Shown here: one piece after another, positions 18,412-27,349 of the stretch
How positions within the stretch are numbered: the first letter of the stretch is position 1
Layout of the letters: every line of letters starts with the position of its first letter
IMG/VR virus record: IMGVR_UViG_645951848_000002
Length of the DNA: 47,964 nucleotides
Strand: one strand, 5' to 3'
Origin: a virus
Taxonomy: Duplodnaviria > Heunggongvirae > Uroviricota > Caudoviricetes
Translations under genes and position numbers: made by a program
The notes under the pieces: generated by a model
Database searches by the model: none
What the model was told of the DNA's origin: nothing
The model's input: the letters and a program-made list of their open reading frames with translations, nothing else

Positions 18412-18557
18412 TTTATCCTCCTGTTTAAAGTCCTGTTTGACTATATTTTATCCAGGTGTTTTATGTCCTCCAGTACGACAATATTTATCTCTATACCTCC
18501 TTTCTTTGCAATAAAAAAAAGCACCCAGTTTTTAGCTAAGTGCTCTTGGTTCTTATT

Positions 18558-18728
18558 CTAATTATTAAAATAACCTTCACTTTCCATAGTTTCTTTAAAA
18601 TCTTTAAAAAATTTATCCAATTCATCCAAAACCCATTGAGGTGGAGTATCTACTATTATTTCAAGTCTGCCGTTAATATAACCTTTCTCTTTTGCTTCAA
18701 TTATTTTTTTAGGTAAATCTACAAACAT
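18558..18728 (-). CDS. Small acidic protein (56 aa, not in the ORF track); candidate immunity protein
   Basis: MFVDLPKKIIEAKEKGYINGRLEIIVDTPPQWVLDELDKFFKDFKETMESEGYFNN, starting 2 nt after the MuF stop. Confidence 0.6.
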   Translation of the reverse strand: MFVDLPKKIIEAKEKGYINGRLEIIVDTPPQWVLDELDKFFKDFKETMESEGYFNN

Positions 18729-18730
18729 AT

Positions 18731-20536
18731 CTACTCACTTCCCTTTTTATAAATATTATATTCTCTTTCTATTAGTTTACCCACTCTTTGAGATAATTCT
18801 CTTGGGTTAGGATTATTGCAGTATTCGCTCCATCCTTCAGCTATAGTTTCTTTTATATTAATTTCATCTAAATTATTAAAAATAGAATATTCTGATAAAA
18901 ATTTTCCTTTTTCTTTTTTATTTTCCTCTAATATTTCTATCATTTCTTTTTTATTTCTTATTCCTAAAAAACTATCCAACTGATGACCAAATTCATGATC
19001 AAAAACAGCTTTTACAGTATCACAACTAACAGGATGCCATTTTACATTAACTTGTATTTTAAGAGATTCTGCTACTTCTTCATAATTTTTAAAGTGCAAA
19101 CTATTCATAGTTATTCCTTGATATTTTGCCCTTATCATATTTATAGGATCTTTATTATCTTTATCTATGAATAATGAAACTGCCATTGCATTTTTGTTTA
19201 TAATAATCTTATACTCTCTTTTTACATATTCTAAAGAATCTATAATAGCTTCTTTTGAAAATCCTGCTTTTCTTAAATCATTTTCAATTTCTTGAAGAAT
19301 TAATTTATTTCTAATTTGAGTAGAACCTACAAATTTTATATTTTCAACTACTTCAGGGAATTTTTCTTTCATATCATACAAACCTTTATTCCATTCATTA
19401 GCACATCTTATATCTATCCCTGTATAGTCAGCTCTTAGTCCTAGCTTTTCAGCAAATTCATTAGCTTCTTTTATTGAACTTGCTTCTTTAAATTCATTTA
19501 TACTCCTATTTTCATTATTTGTCAATACATCATTACTATTAGAATCATCTAAAGTATAATTATTCTTTTCTATTTCTTCTCTACCTTGTTTAACTAAGCT
19601 TTCATAATCAATAATTGGGATAGTCGTGCTTCTGCATCTTGGGTGCATAGGTGGATAATTTAATCCAACAGCTATATTTTTTATTTCAAATATATTACCA
19701 TGTAATTCAGAGCAAATTTGACTTGTTCTACTATCTAAAGTAGCACTGAACTCATATTTTTCTATTCCAGCTTCTTTATATCCATCAAGTGTAGCTTGAT
19801 TCAAAACATAATTAACTTCAGTTCTTAGAAGTCTTTCAACATCATTTTTTTTAGCTGTTTCAAATCTTTCAGAAACTCTTTTAGTCATAGTTTTAAGATT
19901 AATCCCTTGTATCATACCATTAACTATTTCTTGCTTAACTGTTTCTGCTAGTTTATCTGTATTGCTCCAAAGCCTCTGAGAAAAATTGGCACCACTCCAA
20001 GGTTTATCCAGGACTGTTTTTATTTTATCTCTACTGACAACAGGATTAATACCTAAGTCCTTTGTTACTTCTATGAAAGTATCTCTATAAACTGATGTTA
20101 AAGTATTCTTAGCATTATCATCAACTCCAAATATCAACTTAGTAAGCTCCATATCAATTTGAGTTTTAAGACTATCTAATCTACTTATACGACTTTTAGC
20201 AGATAACGTTTCAATTTCTAAATATAATTTTTGTGCTTGTAAAGGTGCATTCTTTAAAAGTTTGTTATATTCTTTCATATAATCATGTAAATCTTTTTTC
20301 CAAACTTTGTAATCATCACCTTTTAAATGTTTCAAAGCTTCATTATAATTTAGAATATTATCATTCATATAAGTTGTAGTTATTCTGCTAATTTCTTTAA
20401 TTATATCCTGTTTAGCTTTTGAAAGTGCTATTTGATACTCTTTTTCAATATCCTGTATTGTAGTAAATGCCTTAGCTTCTCTTTTAATTTGTCTTTCTTC
20501 CCAATAATCTCTATTCTTTTGAGCCATTAGCACCAA
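18731..20536 (-). CDS. Minor capsid protein (SPP1 gp7/MuF) fused to a C-terminal zinc metallopeptidase-like domain
   Basis: PWSGANFSQRLW, RLLRTE, ATLDSRTS.IC, NYPPMHPRCRST; C-terminal HEFGH and ETIAEGW. Confidence 0.85.
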   Translation of the reverse strand: MVLMAQKNRDYWEERQIKREAKAFTTIQDIEKEYQIALSKAKQDIIKEISRITTTYMNDNILNYNEALKHLKGDDYKVWKKDLHDYMKEYNKLLKNAPLQAQKLYLEIETLSAKSRISRLDSLKTQIDMELTKLIFGVDDNAKNTLTSVYRDTFIEVTKDLGINPVVSRDKIKTVLDKPWSGANFSQRLWSNTDKLAETVKQEIVNGMIQGINLKTMTKRVSERFETAKKNDVERLLRTEVNYVLNQATLDGYKEAGIEKYEFSATLDSRTSQICSELHGNIFEIKNIAVGLNYPPMHPRCRSTTIPIIDYESLVKQGREEIEKNNYTLDDSNSNDVLTNNENRSINEFKEASSIKEANEFAEKLGLRADYTGIDIRCANEWNKGLYDMKEKFPEVVENIKFVGSTQIRNKLILQEIENDLRKAGFSKEAIIDSLEYVKREYKIIINKNAMAVSLFIDKDNKDPINMIRAKYQGITMNSLHFKNYEEVAESLKIQVNVKWHPVSCDTVKAVFDHEFGHQLDSFLGIRNKKEMIEILEENKKEKGKFLSEYSIFNNLDEINIKETIAEGWSEYCNNPNPRELSQRVGKLIEREYNIYKKGSE

Positions 20537-21827
20537 CTCCTAATGGAGTGTTCATATCTTTCATTATATTAATATCTTCTTCAGCTTTTATTTTTTCTAA
20601 CTCTCCTTTTGCATCTTCTACGAAAGGCAATGTAGATAAAATAGTTTCATGAGATACTATTCCTTGTAATTTTTGAGCGGTATCTGCTGCTTCAACCAAA
20701 TTCTTTGGAACATTTCTAGTAAAGACTTTTTGAATATCAGTAGATTTTATTTTTAAGTTATGAAAATCTATCATAAGTTCTAATCTTTGATTAATAGCCC
20801 TTTTAAAATACATTTCCTTTTGTGCTGCTAATTGTTCCAAAGCTAATAACTTATATCCAAGTGCAACTCCTGAGCTATTTCCACTAAACTCTTTGTCTTG
20901 CATGTCTGGTATCATAGAAAATTTATGAATATCCTGATTTAATCTATTTTTATTGTTTTGAGCATAGTTATCATTAACTTGTTTAACAAGCCATTTAGCA
21001 TCACCTTGCTCATTAATAAGCATAACTTTATTTTTATTCATTCTTTCTAGTTCTTCATCAGTAGTTCCACCCATATTAACCAAAACTAAGTATGCATCTG
21101 TAAAATCTTTCATATCATCAATAGCAGTTGAAGTAGCTTCGTTATAACCATCTATCAAAGAAATTACATTTTTAAAATCTCCGTTAGCCCTTTTATTGTT
21201 TAAGAACTCAACAATTGGGACTTGGTTAAATCCGTGTAGTTTAGTTTCTCTTATTACAGTTGGAACTTCTTTTTTATCAGTGTCAGTTATATATTCATAA
21301 GTCGTAATGTTTTTATTATCATAAACTTCTAATTTATAAACCCATTTATTTTCTTTATTTTTAGTTTTATCCCATCTAACAGCTGCAATTATTTCTTTTT
21401 TTACTGTATTATCTCTTAATATAAAACAATCACGAGGATCTACAACTACATTTCCAATAGTATTATCCACATTTTTATACCATAACTCATAAGATTTACC
21501 AAAAATACTACAATTTTGAGAATGCTCAAAATTTTCTTGTTGCTCTTCTTCTGTTGCTAAATATTCAGATAACTTTTCAAAATCTTTTTTTAACTTATCG
21601 TCTTGTAAAGCATAAGAAATAGGTTTTCCTAAGAAATAGGCTGTTGCAATAGTTGCAATGTATTCTGGATAATTATTAATCAACTTAGTATCTTTTTTCT
21701 TATTGCTTCTATCTTTCTTATTCAAAATATTATGTTTTCCACTATAATAATCTTCCATCTTTTGAAGTTCTGGTAATTCATTTTTTATAAATGCCTCCAG
21801 TGCTTCTTTTAAATCTTCTACAGTCAT
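20511..21827 (-). CDS. Portal protein (SPP1 gp6-like)
   Basis: YY.GKHNIL, YFLGKPI, NRANGDF-like segment, FSGNSSGVAL.YKL, SHETILS.LPFV motifs. Confidence 0.92.
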   Translation of the reverse strand: MTVEDLKEALEAFIKNELPELQKMEDYYSGKHNILNKKDRSNKKKDTKLINNYPEYIATIATAYFLGKPISYALQDDKLKKDFEKLSEYLATEEEQQENFEHSQNCSIFGKSYELWYKNVDNTIGNVVVDPRDCFILRDNTVKKEIIAAVRWDKTKNKENKWVYKLEVYDNKNITTYEYITDTDKKEVPTVIRETKLHGFNQVPIVEFLNNKRANGDFKNVISLIDGYNEATSTAIDDMKDFTDAYLVLVNMGGTTDEELERMNKNKVMLINEQGDAKWLVKQVNDNYAQNNKNRLNQDIHKFSMIPDMQDKEFSGNSSGVALGYKLLALEQLAAQKEMYFKRAINQRLELMIDFHNLKIKSTDIQKVFTRNVPKNLVEAADTAQKLQGIVSHETILSTLPFVEDAKGELEKIKAEEDINIMKDMNTPLGVGANGSKE

Positions 21828-21840
21828 TAATCCTCCTCTC

Positions 21841-23256
21841 TTATCTTATTCCTAAAACATTTCTATCTATTGTTCTCATTTCATTTCTATTTATTGTCTT
21901 TTCAGCAACACCAGTTAAAGCATCAGGTCCATCATCGTGTTTGTTTTTTCCTTCCTTCTGATAAGAAATAATATCTTTTGCAAATTCACTCCATTTATTT
22001 TTCCAATCAACAGGCATATAGATATTATTATTTACCCAAGCACTATTTGATAATATTCTTGCTATTTTATTTCCAGATTGATGGAACCATTTAACAACTG
22101 TTTTATAATTTCCTTTATCTCTTGTAATTCTTTCAATGTTTCTTGCGAATGCTCTACCACCATTGTTGCTTTCTATATCTGCAATATTTACATTAAACTT
22201 TTTATATGCTTCTGCAACCATAGGTTCTGTTATTTCCATAGCTTCTTTGGTATAGATAACATCTAGTATATAAGCACTATCTTTGCAATCTGCATAAATG
22301 ATATTACATAAAAAATCATCTCCAGTATCAGCTGTATCACAATAGGCAGATATTTTAACAATCTTTTCTTTTGGTAAATCTACATAAGTTTTAAATTCAT
22401 TGTATAATCTACCTTTTATATCTATTGGCTCTTGCTGGTAGTTGGCATATACAATTTCTTTTGCCATATTCTTAGTTTTAAACTCAAAGTCCTCTAATGA
22501 TAATGTTCCTTCATCAAGTGGAGTTCCATCATCATTGATAGCTTTATAATTTATATGAACCACATCATCATAATTAGATAAAATAAAACCAGCTAGGTCA
22601 TTACTTGCCCACCTGGTCATTATGATTATTAATTTAAAACCTTTTTCTGTTCTTGATAACATAGTATTAGTAAACCAATCAATATGCTTTTCAAGTACAT
22701 TAGAGTTATATGCTTCCTTAGAGTTTTTTATTAAGTCATCTATAACTATTAAATCTGCTCCAAATCCTGTTGCAGTTCCTGTTGGAGATGTAGCCAAATA
22801 ATTTGCAACTTGACTTCCTTCCAAAGCCCACTTGTTCATTGAGGCTTCTCCATACTTTATTTTAGTATCAGGAAATATATCTCTATAAACTGTTACTCCT
22901 TGAGTCTGTTCTGTTGCTATCATATCTCTTACTTGCTTAGCAAATATAGAAGAAAGAGTTTCATTATATGATCCTGTCATAATTTTTAATTTGTTATTTC
23001 TTCCTAGTAGCCATTGAACAAATAAGGTTGCTGTGTAAGATTTACCAAATCAGAGTCGAGGGGGCATATTAATAACTAATATCTTTTTATTAGAATCAAT
23101 AAAACTTTGCAACTGATTACATAAATCTTTTAAATATTCTTTTCTATCATTGTAAAAATCTTTCTTTCCTAGTAATTTACAATAATACCAAAAATCTCTC
23201 CTAGCTAATTCTTTCTTAGCTTCTAATTTTATTAATTCTTTATCATACACCCCCAC
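21841..23256 (-). CDS. terL: Terminase large subunit with an in-frame TGA at 23050-23052 (ORF track splits it into 23050-23256 and 21841-22980)
   Basis: One continuous frame: MPPRL*FGKSY (Walker A), LIVIDD (Walker B), DTADTGDD and HDDGPDAL (nuclease). Confidence 0.9.
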
Positions 23257-23266
23257 AACACCTCCT

Positions 23267-23659
23267 TTAATCTTTTATTATTTCTTTTAATTCATCTGTA
23301 GTAAGTCCATTAAATGGATTGGAGTTTATATTTCCATTTACCTCAACCTTTTGAGTATACTCTCCATCCATTTTGTTTAATATATCTAGTGCTTTTAATC
23401 TATCTGTATCTTTAACAGCTCCATCTTTTATCATACTTGTTAAAAATTCTCTTCTCTCTATTGCTGTCATAATTCTATTGCCTTTTGCTTTTTCTTGTAG
23501 TTCTTCAATATACCCACTTATACCCACACTTTTCATAAGAGTATGTATTCTATTTTTTGCATAATACTCACTATATCCAGCCTTGGTTGCAGCTTCAGTA
23601 GCATTTCCAGATGCCACATAAAACTCACAGAAAGATTTTTGTCTTGCATTTAATTTCAA
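23267..23659 (-). CDS. terS: Terminase small subunit
   Basis: LNARQKSFCEFYVASGNATEAATKAGYS, DRLKALDILNKM; TTG start after GGAGGTG. Confidence 0.9.
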   Translation of the reverse strand: MKLNARQKSFCEFYVASGNATEAATKAGYSEYYAKNRIHTLMKSVGISGYIEELQEKAKGNRIMTAIERREFLTSMIKDGAVKDTDRLKALDILNKMDGEYTQKVEVNGNINSNPFNGLTTDELKEIIKD

Positions 23660-23695
23660 TGCTACTTCACCTCCAATTTTATTTAATATTATGTT

Positions 23696-23781
23696 TGGCG
23701 GAGAGTACAGGACTCGAACCTATAAGTCCATCAGGACAACAGTTTAGCAGACTGCTCATTTACCAATTAATGTAACTCTCC
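23696..23781 (-). tRNA. tRNA-Ser(GCT)
   Basis: GGAGAGT/ACTCTCC acceptor, anticodon loop CTGCTAA, long variable arm GTCC-TGAT-GGAC, TTCGAGT T-loop, encoded GCCA. Confidence 0.9.
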
Positions 23782-23932
23782 AGTCGAAGGTAGCAATAAC
23801 TACCTTTGTGCACTTTGACTCGCATTTTTGTTTATAGCCGATATAACGCTGAAAGTGGGCTAATCAATAAAAAAAACTCTCGTAGAGGACGTATCCTATT
23901 CATTTAAAAATCACGAGAGTATTGATATTTAA

Positions 23933-24004
23933 TGGCGTGCATATTGGATTCTCACCAATGATAGACTAACTCTTCTACCTATCCAACCTATTAGGTCGAT
24001 GCAC
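23933..24004 (-). ncRNA. tRNA-like (pseudo-tRNA) element
   Basis: GTGCAT/ATGCAC acceptor plus GCCA; ATTGG-TGAGAAT-CCAAT T-like arm; D and anticodon arms not canonical. Confidence 0.5.
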
Positions 24005-24109
24005 CATATTTGGCTGAGGCTTTTTTAGAGTAGAGCCTCAATAACTACTAACGATACACTAAAAATTAAGGAAGATTCTATGAATCCGTTAATCTCAATT
24101 TCTTCATGC

Positions 24110-24182
24110 TACCATACTAACACATTTTTTTTAGCTTTAAAATAGACACTTTTTAGCGCCTTTTTAGTGGGTTTTTAGCGTT
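24110..24182 (-). promoter_or_regulatory. Candidate activator-dependent late promoter
   Basis: Three 11-bp tandem repeats (TTTTTAGyG, 24150-24182) upstream of an extended -10 TGtTAGTAT, just downstream of the activator gene. Confidence 0.6.
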
Positions 24183-24184
24183 TT

Positions 24185-24625
24185 CTAAAATTCTATTAAT
24201 CTTTGTGCCTTAAAATGGACTTTTAAAGCTCCTAGTATTCTATTTCTCATTTTGTATGTGCTAGTCACGTGTACTTCTAGTTTCTCTGCTATTTCTTCAT
24301 ATGTCAACCCCTGAAAGTATTTTAGCTCAATGAAATTATAGTCTTTATTATCTTTCACCATATTCAAGCACTCATCTATTCTGAATAACATTTCTCTATA
24401 ACGACTTATGTTATTCGATATTCTTTGCTTCAACTCCTCTATTTGTTCATACTCACTTTTTATTTCATACCCATTTCCCCCTTGCCCTCCAACACCACAG
24501 CATTTTTTTAGTTGTGGATTAGCTAGATGCTCAGTTTCTTCTTTAATCCTGTTTTTATACTTGGGATAACTGTATAAAACATCTTCAATTTCTTTTAATA
24601 TTATTCTTTGTTCCTGCGTTGCCAA
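24185..24625 (-). CDS. Late transcriptional activator (RinA/ArpU-like)
   Basis: IELKYFQGLTYEEIAEKL..HVTSTYKMRNRIL helix-turn-helix; position just before the packaging genes. Confidence 0.75.
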   Translation of the reverse strand: MATQEQRIILKEIEDVLYSYPKYKNRIKEETEHLANPQLKKCCGVGGQGGNGYEIKSEYEQIEELKQRISNNISRYREMLFRIDECLNMVKDNKDYNFIELKYFQGLTYEEIAEKLEVHVTSTYKMRNRILGALKVHFKAQRLIEF

Positions 24626-24639
24626 TCTGTATCCCTCCT

Positions 24640-25314
24640 TTATTTTAATTTTAAAAGTCCACTTACTCCAAAACCAGCATATTTGTTAACTAAATCAATA
24701 GTTTTTTCTAACAATTCAAAATCATTTTCAAACTTCTTTCTAACTTTTATAAAATTATCTATAATTTTATCTTGTCTTTCTATAAGCGGTATAGTTATTG
24801 GAATATGCTCAAAATCTAATCTAGATAGTCTCTTGACTTTTTCTCCAACCACTTTATCGTACACGTATTGTCTTACTATATCTTTATAGTTAAGATAAAA
24901 TGTTATGTATTTCAGATTTACTGCATCTTCAAATTTTTCTTTTAGTGTTAGAATAGCTACATTCCCATTTATTGCAGCAGGGATATCATTTTCATAGAAG
25001 ATACATCTTCCAATATCTTCATAGTCAAAATCTTCTAAATTTACTAATATTTGTCCTTTGTTAATTTTGTCAGCTCTGTTGTAAGCTTCACTATTAATTT
25101 TTGTTATTTCTTCTACAAAACAATCATATTTTCTAGATATATCCACATAAAATATAGCAGGTTCTCCATTTTCGACGATATCTCTTTTTGTAAAAATATC
25201 TTTTTTAGACATATATTTTATATTAAAAATATCTGAAATTACTATCTCTGTGCATCCGAAAACAAAGTTAGCAATTTTGATTGTTTCTCTAATAAAGTCA
25301 TCTCGTTCTTGCAT
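24640..25314 (-). CDS. Type I RM specificity subunit-like protein (HsdS half, single TRD)
   Basis: KGQILV, IG, AING.VAIL, YI.FYLN, LSRLDFEHIPITIPLIERQDKII conserved-region pattern. Confidence 0.7.
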   Translation of the reverse strand: MQERDDFIRETIKIANFVFGCTEIVISDIFNIKYMSKKDIFTKRDIVENGEPAIFYVDISRKYDCFVEEITKINSEAYNRADKINKGQILVNLEDFDYEDIGRCIFYENDIPAAINGNVAILTLKEKFEDAVNLKYITFYLNYKDIVRQYVYDKVVGEKVKRLSRLDFEHIPITIPLIERQDKIIDNFIKVRKKFENDFELLEKTIDLVNKYAGFGVSGLLKLK

Positions 25315-26231
25315 CTTTTCTTGCTCCTCATTCTATTTTCAAATTTTTCTATAATAGCTTTTAGCCTTCTAATATTTCCAATAAAGTCTATATTTGCATT
25401 GCATTCTTTAATTAAGAATAAATCTAACTCTAAATTTTTTTCTACTCTACCTATCCATAAGTCTGTTATTTGCCTATTTAGTGCATTTATGTCAACTTCT
25501 TCTACTTCTTTTTCTTCTCTTATTTGCTCCCAACGATACTCACTCGCATCTAGCTTCCAGCCATCTGAAATTATAATTTTATCTATCTTACAATCGTATA
25601 ATTCCCTATAAACTGCTTCAGTTGTCTTGTTTTTGTCGACAACTAAGAATAAAACATCTATAGAAGTATCCGTAAATGCATTACTTATAACATTTAGTTC
25701 AGCTAGTCTATTTCCAATTAATTCTCTAAACTTTTCTTCTGTTTTTCTATAACCAACCCCTGGAAAAAGTATATAGAAGGCATATCTCTTCGTATATTCA
25801 AGAGATTTTAAAACAAATATATCGTCTACTACCCCCGACTTTTTCCAGCTAAATTGTTTTTGTATGTTCTTTTGTTCCTGTTCTGACAAGTCTTTGAATT
25901 TTAGAGAAAATGGTGGATTCATTATTACACAATCTACTTCAAAATTTTCTCTTTCATATTCAAAAAAACTTTTAACTTCTAATTCTGTGTTTTGAAAGTT
26001 TTGTCTAGCTGAATTAATCGAACTTTCTTGAACATCTACCCCGTATAAGATAGAAGGATTAACAAACTGTTCTAACTGTCCACTTCCAACAGCCCCATCG
26101 AAAACGGTTGGATTTTCTAAGTCGACATATTGTTTAACCTTCTTAGCTACATATTTTCTTAGTTCAGTCCCTGTTATGTACTCTGCCAGTTTCTTAGAGA
26201 CTTCTCTATTGTTATGCTCTTTAAAGCTCAT
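25242..26231 (-). CDS. N6-adenine DNA methyltransferase
   Basis: Motif I DGAVGSG, motif IV MNPPF. Confidence 0.88.
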   Translation of the reverse strand: MSFKEHNNREVSKKLAEYITGTELRKYVAKKVKQYVDLENPTVFDGAVGSGQLEQFVNPSILYGVDVQESSINSARQNFQNTELEVKSFFEYERENFEVDCVIMNPPFSLKFKDLSEQEQKNIQKQFSWKKSGVVDDIFVLKSLEYTKRYAFYILFPGVGYRKTEEKFRELIGNRLAELNVISNAFTDTSIDVLFLVVDKNKTTEAVYRELYDCKIDKIIISDGWKLDASEYRWEQIREEKEVEEVDINALNRQITDLWIGRVEKNLELDLFLIKECNANIDFIGNIRRLKAIIEKFENRMRSKKRCKNEMTLLEKQSKLLTLFSDAQR

Positions 26232-26247
26232 ATACTAACTCACCTCT

Positions 26248-26484
26248 TTAGCTATTTTTAGGGACTAACTCAAATTTTTGAATACCCCATTCCAAAACTT
26301 CTAAATCTATTCCTTTTTCTTTGTATATTGCTTTTGTGCTTCTTATAAACTCTAACTGTGCTTCTTCTAGTTCAGCATCTGTTAGTTCCTTTTTTCTAAA
26401 AATAGATTTTTTAATTGTTTTTTCTGTATTTCCTTCTTTAACTCTCAAATCTATTTGATATCTGTACATCATGTTTAATCCCAC
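26248..26484 (-). CDS. Hypothetical phage protein
   Basis: Tightly packed ORF in the operon. Confidence 0.6.
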   Translation of the reverse strand: MGLNMMYRYQIDLRVKEGNTEKTIKKSIFRKKELTDAELEEAQLEFIRSTKAIYKEKGIDLEVLEWGIQKFELVPKNS

Positions 26485-26684
26485 TCCTTTCCAAGCTCAA
26501 TGGTGTCATCTATTATAAAATCATCATCACTTTCTACTGCTATTAACCTTTTTACCCATTCTAAAGCTTCTATCTGTCCTTTTGCTTTATAGTATTCTTG
26601 TATACTTTTAGTAATACTATTATCGTAGTCTATTTCAAATTGTTTACTTTCAATTTTTTCAAATAATTCTGTTTCATCTATCAT
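26475..26684 (-). CDS. Hypothetical phage protein
   Basis: Tightly packed ORF with GGAG RBS. Confidence 0.6.
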   Translation of the reverse strand: MIDETELFEKIESKQFEIDYDNSITKSIQEYYKAKGQIEALEWVKRLIAVESDDDFIIDDTIELGKEWD

Positions 26685-26698
26685 ACTAATTCCACTCC

Positions 26699-26986
26699 TT
26701 ATTTCTTATATTTCCCATTCTTATATGATTCTAATTTTGCAATATGTTTATTAAAATCATCATCTGTTACTCCAGTTACTAACAAGAGATTTACAGTAGC
26801 AGTTATGAGATCCAAAGCTTCAGCTTTAAAATTATCTCTATTCTTAACAAAACTATAACTCAAGCTTTTCACTTCTACTTCATTTAATAGTTCATTAAAC
26901 TCTTCTTTTACTTTCTCAAGCTGTGCTACTTCGTTTGTATAAGCTATTGATTTATAATTCATTAGTTTATTTAAATCAATTTTCAT
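26699..26986 (-). CDS. MazG-like nucleotide pyrophosphohydrolase (putative)
   Basis: QLEKVKEEFNELLNE ... EALDL acidic helical motif. Confidence 0.5.
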   Translation of the reverse strand: MKIDLNKLMNYKSIAYTNEVAQLEKVKEEFNELLNEVEVKSLSYSFVKNRDNFKAEALDLITATVNLLLVTGVTDDDFNKHIAKLESYKNGKYKK

Positions 26987-27185
26987 CTTCTCCCTCCCAA
27001 GTTGCTATATCTTCTATATTTTTACCTTTGTTTTTACACTCTATACATTCAACATAATTTTCTTTAAGTATTTCTAAAGTAGCAGAGTACGTTTCTACAA
27101 CTTCAACACTATCGAACTCAGCTTCTATTTTTCCACTAAAAAATAAATTAAAATGAGTGCTATTACATTTTTTACACTTCCACAT
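26976..27185 (-). CDS. Small zinc-ribbon protein
   Basis: CKKC and CIEC pairs. Confidence 0.6.
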   Translation of the reverse strand: MWKCKKCNSTHFNLFFSGKIEAEFDSVEVVETYSATLEILKENYVECIECKNKGKNIEDIATWEGEDEN

Positions 27186-27202
27186 ACTACTCTCCTATTT
27201 TG

Positions 27203-27349
27203 CTATTTTTTTATAATTGAAGAAGCCAGTACTTTGTGACAATCTTTACATACTAAATAAACTCTATCTTCATTCAAAAAATTAAAAGTTAATTTTTCTC
27301 TTATCCACTTAGTATTTTTGTGACTACAATTTATTTGTTTTATTTTCAT
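27203..27349 (-). CDS. Small CxH/CxxC protein (48 aa, not in the ORF track)
   Basis: MKIKQINCSHK...VCKDCHKV; ATGA overlap with the upstream stop. Confidence 0.5.
   Translation of the reverse strand: MKIKQINCSHKNTKWIREKLTFNFLNEDRVYLVCKDCHKVLASSIIKK

Noticed and set aside
23050-23052. Selenocysteine or suppressor-tRNA readthrough of the terL UGA
   Set aside because: No SECIS-like hairpin directly downstream; the phage tRNA has anticodon GCT and the pseudo-tRNA shows no TCA anticodon; readthrough would leave two extra residues in the P-loop.
23035-23070. Intron, intein or prfB-type +1 frameshift in terL
   Set aside because: Only 6 extra nt, too short for a self-splicing element; the +1 frame stops after about 16 codons.
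23660-23695. Theta (HDV-like) ribozyme after the tRNA
   Set aside because: The 3' trailer is a short AT-rich spacer leading straight to the terS RBS.
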